From Naegleria gruberi (taxonomy: Eukaryota), in NCBI GenBank assembly GCA_000004985.1, contig GG738868.1: a stretch of DNA of 64,000 bases; one strand, 5' to 3'. The first letter of the stretch is position 1. Every line of letters begins with the position of its first letter. A model generated the notes under the pieces. That model was not told where the DNA came from. It made no database searches and saw only the letters and a program-made list of their open reading frames with translations. A program made the translations under genes and the position numbers. This document shows, one piece after another, positions 56,098-64,000 of the stretch.

Positions 56098-58121
56098 TTA
56101 TTGTACTAAACACTTCTTTGAATGAGATTTACCATAATTTTCATCTCTACTGATTGCAATTGCTTTCAATATAATTTCACTCAAATCATCAAAACCATAT
56201 CTTTTTTTTGAGCTAGTTTCAATATAAGTTATACAACCTATCTTTTTAGCCATCAACTCTCCTTCTTCAAATGTGATTGGATTTGTATCATATTTGAGAA
56301 GAAAAATTGGATCAGTGCGATAGTCAACCTTATTATTCACCAATATAATAGGTGTATCAGGACAGTGATGTCTAATTTCTGGAATCCATTTGAGTGCAAC
56401 ATTGAAAAATGAATTTTCTGCTACGCAACTAAAGCTCAGTAAGAATAGAGATGTATCTGGATAATTCTATTAATCAATTAGTCAACTGATAAGATAGGTT
56501 ATTACTTACCAATGGACGTAAACTATTGATATTGAAAAATATTGAAATATATAAAACAACCTACCAATCATAATCTAAAATCGATGAGTAGAAATAAGTA
56601 TTTTCATAACTACTTACCTTCAGGACCAGCAGTATCCCTTTCAAATGTCAATTATTCATATTGACTCAATAAAACTTACCATAGACCAATTAAATAACTC
56701 TTTCCCTCAACTCTGACACTCAAATCATAATTATCAAATATTGTTGGAATGAACTCTTCTGGATAGCTACCTGTAGCATATGTAATATATAATGATGTTT
56801 TACCAACTGATCCATCACCAACCTGAATTATCTTTTCACTTGCAGGAGGTGAATATTTTTCTAACATTTCATTCATTTGAGAGTATTGTAAAATTTCAGA
56901 TGATTTTGAATAATGTTTACCATCTAAACGTTGTGTTGCTTTTCTAATTGTCCGTATTCTTTTAGAATTCTTCTGTTCAACTTTTGACAATATGGATTGA
57001 ATTGTTTCAATTAGAATTTGTCTAAAATTTGATGTTTTAAGTAAATTTAATTCAAATAGATTTGCTTGAGAGAAATATTTTGATGCAATTTTAAATTCCT
57101 TCATCTTTTTTAAATAAAAATCTTTCCAAAATTGATCTTCACTTGTTAATTCACAAATTCTTAATGATTTGGAAACTAAATGTAATTTCATTAAATCTTG
57201 AATATTAAGAAATAATAGAATTGATCTTAAAATATCATCATTCAGATTCTTGAATAGTTCAATATTAAATGAAAATGTCAAAATGTCACAAGTCATTTGA
57301 AATCCTCCAAATATAAAATAATTAAATGAAGAATCAATGGGAATTTGAACTAAAGTGTGGAGACATGGTCTAGCTACTTCCTTATCATTGAAAATATTCG
57401 AAAGTGAATGATTTTTTTCAATTTTCCAACCTTCACTAATATTTTCCAAATCAAGACATGTACAATCTGTGAAATCTTGATTTAGATTACAACCACCAAT
57501 ACTATATAACTTATTTCCTTCCAAAACCATTGAATGTCCATATCTAGCAAAATTATCATTCAAAATAATCTCAGCTTGACATTTGACATTTCCAACATTT
57601 TCCAATGAATCAAGTGAAATCTTAATTGTATCCTTAATAATTGAATCATAATTTCTACCACCATGTATATACCACTCTCCTGTTTCATTATTTAACACGG
57701 ATGCATGATAATATCGATGTGAAATTACTTCTTGACTTGAATCAATTTCCACTCTTGTCCATTCCATATTTGTAAAATTAAATTTAAATAATTCATTTGA
57801 TGCAAAATAATTTTTACAATTATATCCACCAAATATAAATAATTGATTTTTAAAAATTACACTTGAATGACCATATAAAGGTGGAATTAATCTATCTTTG
57901 GAATTTAATTGTTTCCATGAATTATTTGTAAATTCATATATCCAAATATCATTATGAAAACTATTAATAGATTTACCTCCAAATAAAATCATTTCATTTG
58001 AATTTCTTAAATTGGTAGTATGACAATTTCTTGCACATGGAATTAATTTTTCTATTGAATGATTCGGATCAGTTAATATTGTTAAATTTCTCCATTTTTT
58101 AGTTGTAATATCAAATTTCAA
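56098..58121 (-). CDS. Kelch-repeat / F-box-like / Rho-family small GTPase fusion (exons 56680..58121, 56618..56637, 56565..56574, 56510..56522, 56098..56466)
   Basis: Continuous ORF with >=5 Kelch blades (LFGG/IFGG/IHGG/SIGG/IFGG plus W positions), then an F-box-like DDILRSILLFLNIQDLMKLHLVSKSLRI. It continues without a stop into the Rho G1-G3 region KIIQVGDGSVGKTSLYITY...FIPTIFDNY...LWDTAGPE. Four introns (42, 43, 42, 43 nt; GTAAGT/GTAGGT donors) and two micro-exons (10 and 13 nt) close phase to give ...DTAGPEDYDCLRPLNYPDTSLF...NNKVD...TSSKK...KKCLVQ(stop). Q61 is replaced by P, the conserved switch-II Arg by Cys, and CLVQ is a CAAX box. Confidence 0.65.
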
Positions 58122-58405
58122 TTAAATCATTACAATAAATTGAATTTTTTAAACAACCTCCGAATAGATAGAGTTTATTCTCTCTATTAACAATACTACT
58201 ACCAATTCTAATATTACAGCTGGTAAGTGGAAGATTGAGAAGATTCAAATAACGTCATTTTTTTTTAAAGTTGATATTTTGTAAACTATTTCAATGTTCC
58301 TATCACCAATGATAAACTTGCTTAAACTTTCAAAAAAACGACTAAATATATGTAATATAAATATATATAAATAATTAAATATATAATAATAATAAATAAT
58401 AAATT

Positions 58406-61400
58406 TTATTCATTTCCATTTCCATTAATTTGAACATATTGTTGTAAAATAGTATCGATTGGAATGTCAGGATTTCCTTTTCCTTTTTGAAAAGTTTCTT
58501 CATCTTGATAACGTTGATGTAAAATGTGTGCAATCATTCTATTATATTCCTTTTTAAATTCAATTCCAATTAATTTAATATAATAAAATAAAATAAATGC
58601 TAATAAACAAATTGAATAAATTGACATTTGAATTATAAATGTTGAATAAACTGAATGAATTGAATCAACAAGTAAACAAATTAAACATCCAGGTATAGTA
58701 ATTACTATATTAATTATAAAAGTACCAATTAAAGGAATGTATGAATTTGTATAATTATGTGATAAAATAAACATTTGATAACAATTCATAAAAACATAAA
58801 TAATACTACTTGTAAATGATACAATCCAATATTGTTGTATTATTTGATCAATATTTTTAACTATTGTTGAATCTGATGTTAATTTAACTCCTTCCATTAC
58901 TATATTTGTAATATCAGTTACTAAATATATACAAATAAATATTAAAGTTATAATTAAAAGTAATAAAATTGATTTAATATTTAAATAAATTAATCCTTTG
59001 TAATTTAATCTATTTATACATCTTCTACTATATATAGTAATTAATGAATTTCCTAATAAACAAATTTTAATATAAATTAAACTATAACAAGTAACAATAA
59101 TAAAAGAAATAAATTCACTTGTAGAATAATTATAATAAATTATAATTGAATTAATTATATAAATTATTAAAGTTGAAAATGAAAATCCAAATATAGTTAA
59201 ATAATTTCCAATTAATCTTTTAAAAATAAATTTATCAAATTTAAAAAAATCATTATTATAAAAACAAAAACATGAAATTCCCTTTTTAGTAAATAACATT
59301 AATAAAATTGAAATTATTAATGGAAATAAATATGAAATTCCATAAATTAATGAAATATAATAATAAATTTTATCATTAAATGCATGAATAATTTCTGATT
59401 TTGGAATTAATAAAAATACTATATATAGTAATACACCAAATATAATTGTAAAATAAACATGAACAAAATTATAAAAAGCAATAAAAATTGAAATAAATAA
59501 TAAAATAAAATTATAAAATAAAATATTACTAATATTAAAATAAAATATAAATTCCCAAACTGTTGATCTATTTATAGCATAAAATATTCCAAAACTGGCA
59601 GCATATTGTAAAATACTTGATAAAAATGTTAATATGAATGAAATTAAAACAATTTTACCAATAAAAGAATTTGATAAAAATAATTTTGAATTTTGAATAT
59701 CAAATAATTCACGATGATAATAATATTTAAATATATTCATTCTATAATTAGTAATATCCATAAATAGATAAATAATAATTGGATACATGAAAATTAATTC
59801 TAAAATTAAATTAATTGTAAATAAAATAATAAACATTAAAGAACTATCATTATCAATAATATTAAAAGTATTATTAATTAAATATTTTGTACTAATAAAT
59901 GTCATGATAAAAATAGATGAAATTAAAATAAATAATTTTGTAATTGAACTTCCATGTGAATATTCTTTAAATGAAGGATGAACAATTAATGATGACATTG
60001 GTTCTGATTTTCTCATTAACCAATCATTTTCATCAAATTCATTAGAATCTTCTGAATCTGAATTATCATTTTCAATATTTAATAGTGATGTACTACTATT
60101 ACTATTCCACCTCCACCAACACCACCTCCACCTCCACCAACCACCAAATATACTATTAGATGATGTTAAATGTTGTGATCTAATATTTGAATGATTTGAA
60201 TGATGATTATTTGGATGAATGGATTGTTCTTGTGAAATGGATTGATAATATTCATTAAATGCCTTTTCCTTAATTGAACTTTGAAAGTTTTGTTTCACTA
60301 CCAACATTGAAATATCACTCATTAGAGATTGATTATTACTATTATTATTATTATTGGAATGTAAATCTTGAAATGCCTTATCCAATGGATTTGTCTTTTC
60401 AATTGGTGCTAAAAGTTGAATTTTTTTACGTTGAGTTGAATTGATAGAATTTGATCGTTGTTCAAAATCTTGATTATTATTAACATTTGAATTTTCATTC
60501 TTTTCAGTTGACATGATAAAGAATGAAGTAATATCATCAATAACCAATGATTGTTCTGAGGTTTCTTCTTTTTTAGATGAGGAGAATGAATTCATTTTTC
60601 TTGTTGTACTTGTTGAGAGAGCACTGAATGAACTTGATTTACCTGGTAATTGATTAATTGATTTCTTTGTTGATTTTACAACAACTTTAACTTCATCTTC
60701 ATCATCATCATCATCGTAATGATCATAAACTTGTCTCTGACCTAAATATTGAGATTCCTCTCTGGCCAATTGTTCATCCTTTAAAACATTCATATCAACT
60801 TCATCATCATTATTTTCATTATTATTATTACTATTATATTTCATTAGACTTGATAATTGTTGTGCAATGTCCATTCCATTTCTAACAGATTGACGATTAT
60901 TCATTACAATGGCATTGGAATTATAATTTTTAGAACTTGCATCTAAAATATCTGGAATTGAAGACATGGTACTCATATTCTCATCAGTTAAACGATCATC
61001 TTCATCATCCTGATCATCTCCACCATCTTGATCATCATCCTGATCATCATCATCATCATCGTCACTTGATGCTTCAGTCATTTCATTACTCGTTGGGAGA
61101 ACATCAAGAAATTGAATGGATTGATTCACTTCTTTAAATTTATCAATCCACTTGAACATTTCATCTGAATTATTAGTCTTTAAATATAATACTCTCTTTT
61201 TTGTTACAATTTTAAATATATTAAATTCATTCTTAAATTCATTAAAACATTCAACAATAATTGATTTATCAATATTTAGTGATCCCTTCTTTTTCTTCTT
61301 TTTTTCATCGGTATAATAGGTTAATTCAGATTCATCATGAAATACAAAATATCTACGTTTCCAACTCTTTACAATTTTACCTTGTTTTTGTAAAAATCCT

Positions 61401-61762
61401 TCAATATGTACATCTTTCTCATTATTATTGTTAGAATTAGAAGAATTATTAGTACGAATATTACGACTATTACGATTATTATTGTTATTATTTGATGATG
61501 AATTATTGTTATTATTACGAAGCCTAAAACTTGAAAATATTGATTGTTGATTGGATGAGTTTCCAATATTATTATTAGATGATGATGGTGTAGTATTAGA
61601 TGATTGATTAAAAGAAGATTCATCCTGTCCACCCAATGTAACCACTGGTAAATTATTGATGGTATTTCTCTGATTGTTGGGATTCATTGGAGTGGATAAA
61701 TTATTGAAATCATCATTGGTACGAAATGATGAGGTTGTTGAATGAAAGTCATCATTATCCAT
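58406..61762 (-). CDS. PH-domain protein with acidic linker and C-terminal polytopic (>=12 predicted TM) membrane domain; unknown family
   Basis: 1118-aa ORF, implausible by chance in ~85% A+T DNA. N-terminal N/S-rich region, then a PH-like domain (HIEGFLQKQGKIVKSWKRRYFVFHDESELTYYTDEKKKKKKGSLNIDKSIIV...FKIVTKKRVLYLKTNNSDEMFKWIDKF). An acidic D/E/Q block and a (WRW)n juxtamembrane motif follow, then ~550 aa of I/F/Y/L-rich predicted TM helices. Confidence 0.6.
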   Translation of the reverse strand: MDNDDFHSTTSSFRTNDDFNNLSTPMNPNNQRNTINNLPVVTLGGQDESSFNQSSNTTPSSSNNNIGNSSNQQSIFSSFRLRNNNNNSSSNNNNNNRNSRNIRTNNSSNSNNNNEKDVHIEGFLQKQGKIVKSWKRRYFVFHDESELTYYTDEKKKKKKGSLNIDKSIIVECFNEFKNEFNIFKIVTKKRVLYLKTNNSDEMFKWIDKFKEVNQSIQFLDVLPTSNEMTEASSDDDDDDDQDDDQDGGDDQDDEDDRLTDENMSTMSSIPDILDASSKNYNSNAIVMNNRQSVRNGMDIAQQLSSLMKYNSNNNNENNDDEVDMNVLKDEQLAREESQYLGQRQVYDHYDDDDDEDEVKVVVKSTKKSINQLPGKSSSFSALSTSTTRKMNSFSSSKKEETSEQSLVIDDITSFFIMSTEKNENSNVNNNQDFEQRSNSINSTQRKKIQLLAPIEKTNPLDKAFQDLHSNNNNNSNNQSLMSDISMLVVKQNFQSSIKEKAFNEYYQSISQEQSIHPNNHHSNHSNIRSQHLTSSNSIFGGWWRWRWCWWRWNSNSSTSLLNIENDNSDSEDSNEFDENDWLMRKSEPMSSLIVHPSFKEYSHGSSITKLFILISSIFIMTFISTKYLINNTFNIIDNDSSLMFIILFTINLILELIFMYPIIIYLFMDITNYRMNIFKYYYHRELFDIQNSKLFLSNSFIGKIVLISFILTFLSSILQYAASFGIFYAINRSTVWEFIFYFNISNILFYNFILLFISIFIAFYNFVHVYFTIIFGVLLYIVFLLIPKSEIIHAFNDKIYYYISLIYGISYLFPLIISILLMLFTKKGISCFCFYNNDFFKFDKFIFKRLIGNYLTIFGFSFSTLIIYIINSIIIYYNYSTSEFISFIIVTCYSLIYIKICLLGNSLITIYSRRCINRLNYKGLIYLNIKSILLLLIITLIFICIYLVTDITNIVMEGVKLTSDSTIVKNIDQIIQQYWIVSFTSSIIYVFMNCYQMFILSHNYTNSYIPLIGTFIINIVITIPGCLICLLVDSIHSVYSTFIIQMSIYSICLLAFILFYYIKLIGIEFKKEYNRMIAHILHQRYQDEETFQKGKGNPDIPIDTILQQYVQINGNGNE
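60107..60146. repeat. CCACC(T/A) simple-sequence repeat inside the CDS, encoding a Trp/Arg-rich motif (WWRWRWCWWRW) on the minus strand
   Basis: Plus strand reads ccacctccaccaacaccacctccacctccaccaaccacca. Reverse-complement codons TGG/AGG/TGT give the W/R repeat just upstream of the first TM segment. Confidence 0.6.
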
Positions 61763-61971
61763 TTTTTAACGTCAATGATTTTAAAATCATAATCAAATAA
61801 TTATTAACATTTGACAGTTATTATAATTTTAAATATCTCTTTAATATCAAAAATATCATTCCTTTCTCTCTTAATACTAGAATCTCAAGTCTTAGCAATA
61901 ATTAACAATTCTATAGCTTAAATTAAAGCCTTCAATAATGAAAAGAAAAATTCCGAAGGCTTTGAAAAAAA

Positions 61972-62418
61972 ATGTCTGAAGAAATAACCTCAACTACCAC
62001 CACAACTAACGTTCAAGAATCATCAAGTTCCGAATCAACCTCATCGGAAGTTATTACCATCACAGTTAGATTAATTAAAAGTTTCCATTATAGAAATATT
62101 AAATTATTAATCTTGAAGGATATTAAAGTAAATGAATTAACTGGAAATGATTTATTGAAATTAGTTTTGGAAAAGATTGAAAAGGAATCAGGTTTGCTTC
62201 CACATCGTGGACGTAAATATGATACATTTAAATTATATCATCATGCCTTTTCGTTTAAAGCAAATAATTTAGTTGTTAATTTACAAGATGATGATAAATT
62301 AATCTTTAAAATGGATAAAACTTTGAAGGAAAATAATGTTGATAATGAAGCTGAAATTAGTTGTTTCATTATGGATGAATATTTGGAATTCAAGAAAAAT
62401 CCAGAATTGAAATGGTAA
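61972..62418 (+). CDS. Small conserved protein, UPF0538 (C2orf76-like) family candidate
   Basis: 148-aa ORF. The core ITVRLIKSFHYRNIKLL...YDTFKLYHHAFSFKANNLVVNLQDDDKLIFKMDKTLKENNV...EISCFIMDEYLEFKKNPELKW follows the pattern I recall for UPF0538 proteins (TVRLIRSFEHRN...YD.LKI.H.A...LV..L.DD..L...TL...E.EI..F...DY..YK.NP...W). Confidence 0.45.
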   Translation: MSEEITSTTTTTNVQESSSSESTSSEVITITVRLIKSFHYRNIKLLILKDIKVNELTGNDLLKLVLEKIEKESGLLPHRGRKYDTFKLYHHAFSFKANNLVVNLQDDDKLIFKMDKTLKENNVDNEAEISCFIMDEYLEFKKNPELKW

Positions 62419-62422
62419 AAAC

Positions 62423-63202
62423 CTATTTCTTTTGAATTAAATCTAAAAATTGTACTAGAGAAATAAACAACTCTGGTTTTTCTTCCTTTTCCTCACCTGA
62501 ACTTGAATCCTCTTCTTCATCTACTTTGAAAAATTCACTATCATTTCCTTCTGATTTAACTTTTTTAGGAGGAGGTTTTTCATTCTTCTTAGTGGGAGAA
62601 TTTTTAGATTTCTTCTTTTCCCATCTTTTCATTTGAAGATTATATTCCTCCTCTCCCAAAATATGTTTTACAAATAAATCAAACTCTGTTTCACTTTTTA
62701 ATTGATCAACTCCCATTTCAAATAACAGCTTTTTCAATGCTTTAATTGGTATATATCGTTCTCCAAAACTATTCAAAACAAAGAATTTTGCAAATATATC
62801 CTCATAATCGACATCTTTTTCCAAATCATATTGTCTACTCAATATATCAAGAAAATCACCAAATGTAAAGAATTCATCACCAGATTTTAAATGTTGATTG
62901 AAATGAAACATTAATTGATCACTGGTCGGTGCTGCTCCACATAATCTCAAACATTCTGCCAAGTCCGAATAAATATTTAAAGCCTTAATGTTTTTTTGTT
63001 TTTGTTTTCTATCGACAAGAACTCTCTGATAAACTCTTTCATAGTTTTGAATTTTGGCTATTGAAAATTGAAAGAGTGATTTGTTTCTATCCATATAATT
63101 TCCACCAATCCTTGTTAGTGAGGGAGAAGGAGTTGGACGAGAGGATGATGTTGATGAAGTTGAAAAAGTAGGAGTAGATGAAGCCTTGATAAAGGATGAC
63201 AT
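62423..63202 (-). CDS. EF-hand-like protein of uncertain family with an S/T-rich N-terminus and a K/E-rich C-terminus
   Basis: 259-aa ORF. A possible EF-hand loop/helix pair around ...QHLKSGDEFFTFGDFLDILSRQYDLEKDVDYEDIFAKFFVLNSFGERYIPIKALKKLLFEMG. Low confidence in the family. Confidence 0.4.
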   Translation of the reverse strand: MSSFIKASSTPTFSTSSTSSSRPTPSPSLTRIGGNYMDRNKSLFQFSIAKIQNYERVYQRVLVDRKQKQKNIKALNIYSDLAECLRLCGAAPTSDQLMFHFNQHLKSGDEFFTFGDFLDILSRQYDLEKDVDYEDIFAKFFVLNSFGERYIPIKALKKLLFEMGVDQLKSETEFDLFVKHILGEEEYNLQMKRWEKKKSKNSPTKKNEKPPPKKVKSEGNDSEFFKVDEEEDSSSGEEKEEKPELFISLVQFLDLIQKK

Positions 63203-63388
63203 TTTTTTATGCTATGAATTGAATTGATGGTATAATCATTTGATGGTTACTTTAGTTGATTATTAATCAGTTATTAATTACGAGAGGAAATACATATGTA
63301 TTTCAAACTACTGGTAATCTTATGTAAATTGAGGGAGATGAAATATTTGATGTCTATTGAAATATTTCAATAGTTATTAAATGTTAAT

Positions 63389-63946
63389 TTATTGTAAAAC
63401 AATTTCCATTAAATAACAATCTTTACATTCATTTTCAGGTAATCTATCATTAATATAAAAGTTTTCAAGCTTTTTAATATTCTTAAAACCAATCTTTTCA
63501 TAAAATTGAATTGCACTTTCATTTGTGCATTGAACATGAAGATGACATCTATCAATTGAAAACTTTTTACAAATTTCAAAAACTTTGGAAATTAATTCAC
63601 GACCAATTCCTAACTTTCTATATTTTGGTAATACACCTAATAACATTAAATAAATTGATGGATTTCCTTCACAAGAATCAACTCTACATGAAAAACTTCC
63701 GACTGGTATATCATTGAAAATTGCAAATTGATTAAATTCTGGTCCTTTTTGAAGTATTTGTTCATATACAGATTCTCTGTATTTAATTGGATAAATATAA
63801 TTATTTAAAATCTTTAATTGTTCAATATTCTTATCAATAATTCCCAACAAGCGTAACTTTTGATTCTCTCCAAGCTTTTTTTGACTGCTATGTGATGAGA
63901 AGAATGAACGATGGTCAATTAAATTGGCTTGATTAGTAGTAGTCAT
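63389..63946 (-). CDS. NAA50: N-alpha-acetyltransferase 50 (NatE catalytic subunit, GNAT fold)
   Basis: 185-aa ORF. IEQLKILNNYIYPIKYRESVYEQIL...FAIFNDIPVGSFSCRVD...IYLMLLGVLPKYRKLGIGRELISKVFEICKK...CHLHVQCTNESAIQFYEKIGFKNIKKLENFY is collinear with the human NAA50 acetyl-CoA-binding motifs. Confidence 0.75.
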   Translation of the reverse strand: MTTTNQANLIDHRSFFSSHSSQKKLGENQKLRLLGIIDKNIEQLKILNNYIYPIKYRESVYEQILQKGPEFNQFAIFNDIPVGSFSCRVDSCEGNPSIYLMLLGVLPKYRKLGIGRELISKVFEICKKFSIDRCHLHVQCTNESAIQFYEKIGFKNIKKLENFYINDRLPENECKDCYLMEIVLQ

Positions 63947-64000
63947 ATTAATATCCGATATATATTGTTAATAATGATGATGATGAAAATTAAAGCCAAA

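Overview
This window reads as gene-dense nuclear DNA from a low-GC eukaryote, most likely an early-diverging fungus. It is AT-rich by eye, with N/Q/S-rich low-complexity tracts in coding regions. Spliceosomal introns are short (about 39-155 nt) with GTAAGT/GTATGT/GTGAGT donors and YAG acceptors. Fungal marker genes are present: an NST1-like protein, a Def1-like CUE protein and homoisocitrate dehydrogenase (LYS12, alpha-aminoadipate lysine pathway). Aerobic mitochondrial genes are also present (YME1, COX5B-like, ATP synthase subunit g). I support about 34 protein-coding genes on both strands and one tRNA-Arg(ACG). I found no CRISPR array, no prokaryotic operon or defence-system architecture, and no recognisable transposon (no RT/transposase/integrase, LTR or TIR). 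Splice junctions were derived by hand from donor/acceptor motifs plus reading-frame closure; treat exon ends as accurate to about +/-2 nt. The most unusual features are: (i) one minus-strand gene whose continuous ORF joins a Kelch beta-propeller, an F-box-like motif and a Rho-family GTPase (switch-II Q61 replaced by Pro, C-terminal CAAX box CLVQ), with the switch-II region split over 10-nt and 13-nt micro-exons separated by 42-43-nt introns; (ii) a 1118-aa protein with an N-terminal PH domain, an acidic linker and a long polytopic membrane domain; (iii) a ~1.4-1.55k-aa cysteine-containing type I membrane glycoprotein with a possible extra N-terminal lysine-rich exon; (iv) a cluster of F-box-like proteins; (v) a 2.2-kb ORF-free island; (vi) many convergent gene pairs whose stop codons are only 4-27 bp apart.
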